From NCBI GenBank assembly GCA_019894975.1, contig JAGXNO010000038.1, positions 1 to 35,245 of the forward strand: a DNA stretch of 35,245 bases. Direction: 5' to 3'. The number at the start of each line of letters is the position of its first letter. The stretch's first letter is position 1. The DNA comes from Promethearchaeota archaeon. Lineage in GTDB: Archaea; Asgardarchaeota; Lokiarchaeia; Sigyniarchaeales; SOKP01. The translations under genes and the position numbers were made by a program. Shown here piece by piece: positions 1 through 8,841 of this stretch. The notes below the pieces were generated by a model. The model did no database searches and was not told the origin of the DNA. It worked only from the letters and a program-made list of their open reading frames with translations.

Positions 1-227
1 CATCTTTTCTCATCACAACAAGTATCAACTGAAAATTTTTGATATGATATTATAAAAAGTAAGTTTATAGTCAATTAACATTGATTTTTTAACCAATAGT
101 GATAATTTTCAGAAACGTTTAAATATATATTTATCATATCCTATAAATAAATTTACTTCGTAAATTTAAAATTTAACAAAAAAATCGAAATCAAAACTTT
201 AACAAAAAAATAAGGCGAATTAATATT

Positions 228-2399
228 ATGAAAAAATATGAAAAAGGATTAATATTTACTCTTTTTCTTACTTCTATAGTACTTCCATTCTTCCCTATGA
301 CAGTAAAAGCTCAAGACTCAGATATTTTTGTTGTGGGTGCCGTTGGACCACGTGATATAGCCCACTGGGATATCAATACTTTTGTGACCAGTACTGGCGA
401 TTATTATATGTGGTCTTGTCTTGAACAGTTATTTACACCAAGAGCTCAAGTTTGGGACGGTGACGTCCGTAATGAGTTAATTCCCGTACTTGCAACAAGC
501 TGGATAAATGAAGATAGACCTGATGAAAAGAATGAGGCTGGTTTTATGAGCTATAATGGTATGAAATCAGTAGAAGTGACCCTTCGACAAGGAGTTAAAT
601 TCCATGATGGCTCAGATTGGAATGCAACAGTATGTAAATGGAATATTGATAGATTTATGACAATTACAGGAAATATCAGTGGTGTTCTCCCCGTCGTACC
701 GGGTACGGTACGTACTGTAAGAGACACGTATTGGCTTGAAGTAGATGATTGGGTTGATTATGAAAGCCCCAGCTGGAATGTTTCGAAGTTTGATGGAATA
801 CCAGCAGTTTATCCAGGATTTGGTGCTTCTGGAGATATGCTAAGTCGCTTTCCTCGTTTTTATAATATAACAATCACAGAAGATTTGCAATCAGGAGGAA
901 AAGTTAAAATCTACTTTGGTGATTGGGATACTGGTTTAAATTATCTTCAGGGAGTAGAGATGATCTCAAAGAAAAGTTATGAAGACTATTTTGATACTAT
1001 TATCTATGGATATGGTAATAATCCCGCTTTTCCACAAGATAATCCCGCAATTTTTCCTGGACACCTAATAGGTACTGGTCCGTATGTCTTTGGAGGTCAT
1101 GTATCTGATATTGGTACATTGACGAGATTTGATGACTGGTGGAATGCTAGCGCTCAACAAGCTGAAGGTTGGCATACGATTGAAAACGTTGCGGTAGCTA
1201 CATTTGCCCACACCCAAGCAGGATATCAAGCTAGAAGTACTGCTATGGTTACTGGAGATATTGACTGGGCTTGGGACCGTTCTTGGGAACCCCTTAATAA
1301 AGATGATATGAATAGTGCTCCCGATGTAGATTATATATCCACTGGCGTTGAAAGTTATGGAGAAAATATTATTTTAAATTGTATCAATGAAACATTTATG
1401 AAAACGTTTTTCGCTGATACTAATTATAATATGTCACCTTGGTACGCAGGTTTCAAACCGTCATTCATGGCTTCTGGAATGATGAATGCAGATGATACGA
1501 TAAACGCACATGGAATAAATCGTGCATTTAGAAAGGCGATTTCTTATGCGTTTGATTATGATACCTACGTACATGTTGCTATGAATGACCGTGTAGTGCG
1601 TTCTGGAGGATTTCTTTGCGGAACTAGTCCATATTATAATGGCTCCATACCACTTGCTACTCATAATCGCACTATAGCACGCCAAGCCCTTTTAGATGAT
1701 CCATTCTGGGGGCCAATATGCGCTGATAGACAACTAACCATTTCTAATACGACAGCACAATGGAATTACATAGCAGATACCGATCCTATTTATACTATGG
1801 AGTATAGTTGGGATCAAGCCCATTTAGAAGCTTATAGTGTGATGACGACAAGCCTTAGAGATATTGGATGTGATATGGATGCTTGGGAAGATACACCTGA
1901 TAGCTATTATAAAATGAGCACAACCTTTACATTTCCTTGGTTCATAACTGATGGATTTGCATTAAAATTGTATTATCCCCGGGTAAATGCACTTGGTTAC
2001 CTTGAAGCCTATTATAAGAGTCCTGCCTCAATGTGGATGCCATTTCCAATTGATCAATTTTACAACATGGGCTTTTCTTATAGTTCAACCTTCGATAGTA
2101 TAATGAAGAAAATATGGTTTCAAAACGAAACTGGAATCCAAGATTCATATAATCAACTAACTGATTGGATTCAGAACTATCAATATCCAACTATTTATTG
2201 CGGGAATGATTTGGAGGGGCATGCGATCAATAAAGACTATGATTATAGCTTTTATTGGGGTGTCTTCGTATTTAATCTAGTTAAGCCGGTAGAAGCGGAT
2301 CAGAATCCATTGATCCCAGGTTTTTCAGTTGGTGTTGTTTTACCTGTAGCATTGATGGCTATCGCTTACACAATTATACGAAAAAAGAGACATATATAG
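228..2399 (+). CDS. ABC transporter substrate-binding protein, family 5 (peptide/nickel, OppA/DppA-like), with N-terminal signal peptide and C-terminal IPGF-TM-basic anchor
   Basis: Motifs LIPVLATSW, TLRQGVKFHDGSDWNA, IGTGPYVF and FRKAISYAFD; hydrophobic N-terminus; C-terminus IPGF + TM helix + RKKRH. Confidence 0.85.
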   Translation: MKKYEKGLIFTLFLTSIVLPFFPMTVKAQDSDIFVVGAVGPRDIAHWDINTFVTSTGDYYMWSCLEQLFTPRAQVWDGDVRNELIPVLATSWINEDRPDEKNEAGFMSYNGMKSVEVTLRQGVKFHDGSDWNATVCKWNIDRFMTITGNISGVLPVVPGTVRTVRDTYWLEVDDWVDYESPSWNVSKFDGIPAVYPGFGASGDMLSRFPRFYNITITEDLQSGGKVKIYFGDWDTGLNYLQGVEMISKKSYEDYFDTIIYGYGNNPAFPQDNPAIFPGHLIGTGPYVFGGHVSDIGTLTRFDDWWNASAQQAEGWHTIENVAVATFAHTQAGYQARSTAMVTGDIDWAWDRSWEPLNKDDMNSAPDVDYISTGVESYGENIILNCINETFMKTFFADTNYNMSPWYAGFKPSFMASGMMNADDTINAHGINRAFRKAISYAFDYDTYVHVAMNDRVVRSGGFLCGTSPYYNGSIPLATHNRTIARQALLDDPFWGPICADRQLTISNTTAQWNYIADTDPIYTMEYSWDQAHLEAYSVMTTSLRDIGCDMDAWEDTPDSYYKMSTTFTFPWFITDGFALKLYYPRVNALGYLEAYYKSPASMWMPFPIDQFYNMGFSYSSTFDSIMKKIWFQNETGIQDSYNQLTDWIQNYQYPTIYCGNDLEGHAINKDYDYSFYWGVFVFNLVKPVEADQNPLIPGFSVGVVLPVALMAIAYTIIRKKRHI

Positions 2400-2423
2400 A
2401 AGTAATAATTTATAAAAAATTCA

Positions 2424-2440
2424 TTTTTTTTTTTCCTTTT
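2424..2440 (+). terminator. Oligo-T archaeal-type terminator downstream of the SBP gene
   Basis: Long T run about 25 nt after the stop at 2399. Confidence 0.45.
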
Positions 2441-2634
2441 ATAAGCTTAAGTTCCCTAACAAATAGAATGAATTTATTAAGTTTTAATAAATTCTATGAT
2501 CCTTAAAAAGGATAAAAAAATTAGAAAAATAAGAGAAATTCATTCTTTTTCGTCAAAACAGATTATGAAATCTTTAAAATCAAGTTTCATAGCAAAATGA
2601 AAAATTTATAATATATACAATCCTCAATTATTTT

Positions 2635-3738
2635 ATGGCTGAAGTTGACTATTATGAAATTGTAAGACAAAAACTACAAATTGGAAGAATAACTGCTCCT
2701 AACCACAAAAAAATTTTCAATTTGATGAAAATCTTCTGGAATGAAGAAGAAATTAAAATTCTGTCTCAATTTAATAATGTTGGTATAAAAATCTCACGAA
2801 AAGAATTAGCAGAAAAAACAGGTAAATCAGAAGAAGAAATAGAAGAACTTTTAGGAAGATCGGCTAGAAATGGTACTATTTTGAAATCTGGTTCAGATTA
2901 TAGATTAATCCCTCTTGTACCGGGTATATTTGAAATGTATTTCATAAGACGTAAGGATTCCCAAGAAAATCTTCACAAAGTTGCTGAGATTTACAGATAC
3001 ATTTTTAAGAACAGGGCACCAGATTTAGAGGATACTGATAATATTAGAAGAGGTTTCCGTCCTTTACTTCCATATGACTCTGAGGAGAAGCTAATTAAAG
3101 TTGATGAATCTTTAGACGTTGAGACTCAAGTTCTTCCTTTTGAGGTAGTTAAAGATATGATCGATAAGAATGAATCATTTGCGGTTGTACCTTGTCAATG
3201 TCGGTTAATTGGTGAATACACAGGCGAACCTTGTGAACAAGCATCCTCCGAAATGGGTTGTTTTTTGACTGGAGAAGCAGCGGAAAGACAGATCGCTTAT
3301 GGAGCAAGAAGATTAACTAAAGAAGAAGCGATTGAATTTATTAGAGAAACTGAGAAAGCGGGACTTGTTCATAATACTATTGCGGATACCAGTAAAGACA
3401 CATCCAAGTGGATTTGCAATTGTTGCAGTTGCCATTGTGGAGTACTTCTTCCCGCAAAATTATATCATTATAAGGGCGTTAATCAGACCAATTTTGTTCC
3501 TGAATTTGATATGGAACTCTGTACAAAATGTGAAATATGTGTGGAAAAATGTCCAAATGAAACAATTTATCATATCTGGCCAAGTAAACAAGATTCATCA
3601 GATGAAAAAATGAAAGTCAGAGAAGAAATGTGTATAGGATGTGGAACTTGTGCTGCGAATTGCCCTAATAACGCAATCAAAATGATAAAAGTAAGAGATG
3701 AATACCCTAAAGGAATAAGCATTGATCTTTTTGGTTAA
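2635..3738 (+). CDS. 4Fe-4S dicluster-domain protein with N-terminal HTH-like region
   Basis: Two C-terminal CxxCxxCxxxCP ferredoxin motifs (CTKCEICVEKCP, CIGCGTCAANCP), plus PCQCR and ICNCCSCHC cysteine clusters. Confidence 0.8.
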   Translation: MAEVDYYEIVRQKLQIGRITAPNHKKIFNLMKIFWNEEEIKILSQFNNVGIKISRKELAEKTGKSEEEIEELLGRSARNGTILKSGSDYRLIPLVPGIFEMYFIRRKDSQENLHKVAEIYRYIFKNRAPDLEDTDNIRRGFRPLLPYDSEEKLIKVDESLDVETQVLPFEVVKDMIDKNESFAVVPCQCRLIGEYTGEPCEQASSEMGCFLTGEAAERQIAYGARRLTKEEAIEFIRETEKAGLVHNTIADTSKDTSKWICNCCSCHCGVLLPAKLYHYKGVNQTNFVPEFDMELCTKCEICVEKCPNETIYHIWPSKQDSSDEKMKVREEMCIGCGTCAANCPNNAIKMIKVRDEYPKGISIDLFG

Positions 3739-4003
3739 GTTTAAGCTTTTTCTATGTTTAATTTCTAAATTTTTTTAAATTAAAACAAGTATAATATTAT
3801 CCAATATACATTTTTTTCCTATAGACATGATTGTTAATAAGAACAACTATTAAGGATATCTAAATGTTTATCCTGATTCAAAATGAAGGCAGTTTCATAA
3901 ATAAAATAGTAAGAGAACTTAATAATAGTCCAGTGTAATTCTTACCGATCTTCTTAATAGTTCTTATATATCTTGTTCCAAAAACAAATAATACCCCGAG
4001 TTG

Positions 4004-4765
4004 TTAGCGTCCTTTAAATACTGGCTTTCTATTTTCGCTAAGTGCCGCGATACCTTCCTGTAGGTCTTCGCTATCTAATTGAGGTTGAATAAACGCATCA
4101 AATTCCTCCTGCGCTATCCGCATCGCTTTTCTTCCTGCAGTCTCCAAATTCTTGTAGTGTCCGTATTTAATCGCTTTTAGTGTTAAGGGTGCATTGTCAC
4201 GCAGTATTTCTGCCATTTTGGTAGCTTCTACCATGAGCTCTTCTCTATTTTTTGTTACATGGTTGATTAATCCCACTTCATAAGCCCGTTTACCACTCAT
4301 TGGTTGCCCTCCCATATAAAATTCCATAGCTATCTTAAAGGGCATATAAGGTGTATATTCCAAAATTCCACCAACAATTCCGACCCACGCTTCACCAAAG
4401 ATAAACTGAGCATCTTCTGTAGCATAGGTTATATCTGTACCACGAATCGCAATTCCATATCCGCTTCCCGCAACAGTTCCATGTACAGCTCCGACGATGG
4501 GTTTCAGGATTTTAGTACCATTCGGGGGAAATGCTTTACGAAGATCTTTTAATAAGCCTTTGTGCCTAAGGTCTGCACCAAAACTAAAGTCCGGACCATT
4601 TGCGCTGAGAATTGCTACTCTGCTTTCGGGGTCATCCGCAAAATGATCCCATGCTTTTCCTAAAGCTTTGCATAAAGGAGGGTCTAGTAGATTTCGCTTT
4701 GGATTGTTTAATGTAATGTATGCGATTTGATCTTTAACTTCATAAATTAAAACATCATTTATCAT
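4004..4765 (-). CDS. Enoyl-CoA hydratase/isomerase (crotonase) family protein
   Basis: IAYITLNNP, DFSFGADL, KPIVGAVHGTVAGSG and C-terminal SEDLQEGIAALSENRKPVFKGR. Confidence 0.9.
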   Translation of the reverse strand: MINDVLIYEVKDQIAYITLNNPKRNLLDPPLCKALGKAWDHFADDPESRVAILSANGPDFSFGADLRHKGLLKDLRKAFPPNGTKILKPIVGAVHGTVAGSGYGIAIRGTDITYATEDAQFIFGEAWVGIVGGILEYTPYMPFKIAMEFYMGGQPMSGKRAYEVGLINHVTKNREELMVEATKMAEILRDNAPLTLKAIKYGHYKNLETAGRKAMRIAQEEFDAFIQPQLDSEDLQEGIAALSENRKPVFKGR

Positions 4766-5106
4766 TTTTTTCTCCTTTTTTTAAGTTAAACATATTATTT
4801 AATAGATAAATATAGATTATTTTTATATATATATAGCTTTTTCAGCTCTACAAGAATAAGAGAATATAATTGATTTTTTAGGTATTGAACAGTATGATTC
4901 GCGAAAAACGAATTAAAAGATCAAATTACTTGAAAATTTTTTTAAACAATACTTACTAGCACTAATTCCTGTTATAACTACTAATTGATATCTAGGAATT
5001 ATAACATTAATATTTTTGAGATTATTTTGCCTAGCTCCTTTAATAATAATCGAATTCTGGCTCATTTTACTTCCTAATTTTTTGAGTTAATAATGAAAGA
5101 TAAAAT

Positions 5107-8100
5107 TCACGTTGCTATTTTATAATTTCTTTTTACTTCCTTAATTTTATCACGTAAATAAGCAGCATCTTCAAATCGAAGTTCTTTAGCTGCTAGAAGC
5201 ATCTTAGATTCAAGGTATTGAGTAATAATATCTGCGTCTCCCGCTTTTTCTAATTGTTCAATTTTAGATTTAACAGTTTGCTTCAATCTTTTGACTTCTT
5301 TTTCCTTATATTCTTTCTCATCTGATAAGGATTTTAAAATACTCTTTTTAATTGATTGAGGTGTAATCTTATTTTTCTCGTTGTGTGCGATTTGCTTATT
5401 CCTTCTTCTAGTAGTTTCATTTATTGCTTCTCTCATCGCTCTTGAGATCCTGTCAGCATATAAAATTGCTCTTCCTTCTACATTTCTAGAAGCTCTACCA
5501 ATTGTTTGAATTAAAGACCGTGTATCTCTCAGAAATCCGAGTTTATCAGCGTCTAGTATTGCTACTAATTTAACTTCAGGAAGATCAAGTCCTTCTCTTA
5601 AAAGGTTAATTCCTACCACAACATCATGAGTTCCATTTCTTAAACGTCTCAAAATCTCAAATCGTTCTACTGTGTCCACTTCTGAATGTAGATATGCTAT
5701 TTTCATCCCAAGTTCGGCATAATATTCCGCAATATCCTCTGACATCCTCTTTGTTAATGTTGTTACAAGAATTCTACCATTATTAGCTACAACCTTTCGG
5801 ATTTCTCCTAATAAATCATCAATTTGATTTTTAGCAGGTCGTATTTCAACCTCCGGGTCAACTAACCCTGTTGGTCGAATGATTTGTTCTGCAGAAACAC
5901 CCTTAGACTTTTTTATTTCGTATTCTCCTGGTGTAGCGCTCATGAAAATTATATTTTTTACTTTTCCTTCCCATTCATCAAAAGTAAGAGGACGATTATC
6001 AAAAGCACTAGGTAAACGCCAACCAAATTCGACAAGATTTTTTTTCCGTGATCGATCTCCTCCTATCATCCCATGGATTTGAGGGATTGTCACGTGACTT
6101 TCATCTACTACAATTAAATAATCTTCAGGAAAGTAGTCAATTAAAGTCATTGGAGGTGTTCCAGGTGCCCTTAACGAAAGAGGTCTTGAATAATTTTCAA
6201 CACCTTTACACCATCCCATTTCTCGCATCATTTCCAAATCAAATTTAACTCTCCTCTCAATTCTTTGAGCTTCAGCATATTTTTTTTGTGCTTTGAAAAA
6301 ATCAATTCTCTCTTTCATTTCTTCTTCAATCAATGTTAAAGCTTTAATTTTATTTTCTTCGGGAATTATGAAATGAGTAGCGGGAAATACCCGAAAATTT
6401 GTTAATTCTCTTAAAACATTAGTAGAAATAGGGTGAATTTCATGAATTGATTCTATTTCATCTCCAAACATTGATATTCGAATAGCCACTTGGGTGTAGG
6501 CTGGAAATATATCAATAATATCACCTCTTACTCTTACTGAGCCAGGCTTGAAATCTGTACTCTTCCTCTCATAATTAATCCGTACCAATTTAGAAAGAAT
6601 CTCAGATCTTGTCATTTTTTGACCAACTTCAACATATAGAGTCACTGATTCCCAATATTCAGGGTCTCCAACACCGTATATGCATGAAACTGTTGCAACA
6701 ATTACAACATCCTTTCTAGTTCTTATTGCATGAGCAGAAGCTAGCCTTAATCTTTCAATTTCCTCGTTCACCGAAAAGTCTTTTTCAATATATAATCCCG
6801 AAATAGGCATGTATGCCTCAGGTTGATAATAATCATAATAAGAGACGAAATAATGAACCGCATTTTGAGGAAATAGCTCTTTAAGCTCATTATATAACTG
6901 TGCAGACAACGTTTTATTTGGGGCCATTACAAGTGTGGGTTTTTGGATCTCTTGAATTATATTAGCAATAGTAAATGTATTATGTACAAAGATATTTCCA
7001 TTACCCGCACTGAAGTTTTCATTATCTTCTACAGCAATATCGTATACATATCCGTTGGTCGGTTTGATTTGATTGATATTAACTATTTTTCTAAAATTGA
7101 ATTTTAATAAATTTCTCAATTTCTCATTATTAGGATTTCTATCCAAGTTAAGAATCTTTTCAAATATGGATTTAGATGGAGATCGAAGATTATTTTCAAG
7201 TAATCTGATATACCTTCTTGAGCAACCTATTTCTTGTGAAAATTTTACTTGAGAATACTGAAGCTGTTGTCTTAAGTTTACAATATAGTTTTGACAATTC
7301 GGAATTAAATCTACATTAGTATTTGCTTTTTTATCTAAGATTAATTGAAGATTTTCTTGTTTGTACTGAATTGAAAAAGAAATAAATTTCGAAAATTTTT
7401 TTAAATTTTCTTGACCCGAGATTGATAATTCATAATAAATACTTATTGAGGATTTGTACTTCTTCTTTTTTTCTGTAATCCTTGAAGTGATATTAAATCG
7501 GAGAAGTAAGTTTTTTATGTCAAATACTAATTCTTTTGAAGCAGATAAATAACATACAGCGGATCTTTCTACCCATCCATCTCCATCAAACAATGATCTT
7601 ATGAAAGGGATTAATTGTTCATTAGATAAATTATAAAATAAACACGGAATATGCTTTTCATGAGCTGTAGCACCCATTGTATGAAAAAAATTCGAGAGAT
7701 ATTTAGAATTAAATTGGATGTCATTTTCATTTCTCTGATTATAATGCAAACCTAGATTATCAAAAAACTCCTTACATTTATTTTGTAAGGTAGAATCGGA
7801 GTTAGATATTAATATATACCGATCTGTACAATGCCCTTCTGAAAGATATAGACCAGAAAAGATAAGAAAATTATCATCAATTTTTAGCAGAGGATGTAAG
7901 CTCTCATTTCCTTTAGAAATTAAATTAATATCAGAATTAATTTTAGGATAATCTAAATCTAAATGATTCATTAGAATATTTAATGTAGATATCCCAATCC
8001 CTCTTTCCTTTGTTTCAGCAATAATTTGCTCATATTTCCAATTTGAAGCATTGTGTTCTTCTTTTAACAATTCTTTAATAAGGATTTCATGCTTTTGGTA

Positions 8101-8688
8101 CTTTAAAATTAATTTTTTTATGTTTAATTTTACTTCTTGATTATAATTTAATAGATTTACAAATTCTAATCTTCTTTCAGGTAATGGAATTATATTAGAA
8201 CAAGGTAAATAATCCCCAATTTTGAGATCTTCTGTAACACATAGTTCTAATTTACAATCATTAAACTTAAAGCAGTTATGATCTCTAGTTACTTTAATTG
8301 ATGATAAATCATCTAAAATTATTTCATAAATTATTTCTTCTTTATGTTTTGATATCTGAATTATGTTTTTCTGCTCAATCAGATGTTTTGATTCATTAAA
8401 TGATAATACTTTATAACCTTGAATATCTTGAAATTCTGTACCTATAGTACTGATAGGATTATCAAAATGGTTTTCTACAAACTCCCCTATTTTCACTTTT
8501 TGAATTTGGTTTTCAGTATTATAGATAAGAAGAATTTCATTAAAATCTAAACTCTTTCCGGTTCCTGTGGCACCTAATAACGTTTGAAAACGTTGCCCCT
8601 CTTGAATATTTTTTGCAAGGGTGGATATGGCCAAAGGTTGGTCTCCTGCAGGTTTGAAATCAGATTCAAGTTGGAAATCGGGAGTCAT
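5107..8688 (-). CDS. uvrB: Excinuclease ABC subunit B precursor containing an intein (mature protein about 668 aa)
   Basis: FKPAGDQP, TLLGATGTGK/TFTIAN, YFVSYYDYYQPEAY, DESHVT, GINLLREGLDLPEV, QTIGRASRN and a C-terminal UVR domain (LRFEDAAYLRD). Confidence 0.97.
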   Translation of the reverse strand: MTPDFQLESDFKPAGDQPLAISTLAKNIQEGQRFQTLLGATGTGKSLDFNEILLIYNTENQIQKVKIGEFVENHFDNPISTIGTEFQDIQGYKVLSFNESKHLIEQKNIIQISKHKEEIIYEIILDDLSSIKVTRDHNCFKFNDCKLELCVTEDLKIGDYLPCSNIIPLPERRLEFVNLLNYNQEVKLNIKKLILKYQKHEILIKELLKEEHNASNWKYEQIIAETKERGIGISTLNILMNHLDLDYPKINSDINLISKGNESLHPLLKIDDNFLIFSGLYLSEGHCTDRYILISNSDSTLQNKCKEFFDNLGLHYNQRNENDIQFNSKYLSNFFHTMGATAHEKHIPCLFYNLSNEQLIPFIRSLFDGDGWVERSAVCYLSASKELVFDIKNLLLRFNITSRITEKKKKYKSSISIYYELSISGQENLKKFSKFISFSIQYKQENLQLILDKKANTNVDLIPNCQNYIVNLRQQLQYSQVKFSQEIGCSRRYIRLLENNLRSPSKSIFEKILNLDRNPNNEKLRNLLKFNFRKIVNINQIKPTNGYVYDIAVEDNENFSAGNGNIFVHNTFTIANIIQEIQKPTLVMAPNKTLSAQLYNELKELFPQNAVHYFVSYYDYYQPEAYMPISGLYIEKDFSVNEEIERLRLASAHAIRTRKDVVIVATVSCIYGVGDPEYWESVTLYVEVGQKMTRSEILSKLVRINYERKSTDFKPGSVRVRGDIIDIFPAYTQVAIRISMFGDEIESIHEIHPISTNVLRELTNFRVFPATHFIIPEENKIKALTLIEEEMKERIDFFKAQKKYAEAQRIERRVKFDLEMMREMGWCKGVENYSRPLSLRAPGTPPMTLIDYFPEDYLIVVDESHVTIPQIHGMIGGDRSRKKNLVEFGWRLPSAFDNRPLTFDEWEGKVKNIIFMSATPGEYEIKKSKGVSAEQIIRPTGLVDPEVEIRPAKNQIDDLLGEIRKVVANNGRILVTTLTKRMSEDIAEYYAELGMKIAYLHSEVDTVERFEILRRLRNGTHDVVVGINLLREGLDLPEVKLVAILDADKLGFLRDTRSLIQTIGRASRNVEGRAILYADRISRAMREAINETTRRRNKQIAHNEKNKITPQSIKKSILKSLSDEKEYKEKEVKRLKQTVKSKIEQLEKAGDADIITQYLESKMLLAAKELRFEDAAYLRDKIKEVKRNYKIAT
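6979..8553 (-). mobile_element. Intein (525 aa) with LAGLIDADG homing endonuclease and Cro/C1-type HTH insertion, in the UvrB Walker A motif
   Basis: Begins SLDFNE directly after GTGK and ends VYDIAVEDNENFSAGNGNIFVHN before Thr. Block B VTRDHNCF; LAGLIDADG-like GLYLSEGH and FIRSLFDGDGWV. Removal restores GATGTGKTFTIAN. Confidence 0.95.
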
Positions 8689-8841
8689 AGGAATTGACCA
8701 ATATGATATTTATATTTTAATATATTACTTGAAGTCAATATATAAGAGATAGATCTATAGGTATTCTAATGAATATTATATTATGATTTTTTCTAAAAAA
8801 AGAGAAGTAAAAAATAAGTTATCCTTTGTGTGTACGATTAC

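Noticed and set aside
692-716. GTAC-rich quasi-palindromic stretch within the SBP gene
   Set aside because: In frame with no stops and no BHB geometry; explicable by codons for VVPGTVRT
3836-3968. Imperfect inverted repeat (AAGAAC..TATTAAG / CTTAATAGTTCTT) suggesting a MITE
   Set aside because: Gapped, AT-rich match with no target-site duplication and no second copy in the window
4925-5092. Hydrophobic reading frame with an internal TGA between the crotonase gene and uvrB
   Set aside because: No start codon or recognisable family; AT-rich DNA readily gives hydrophobic translations
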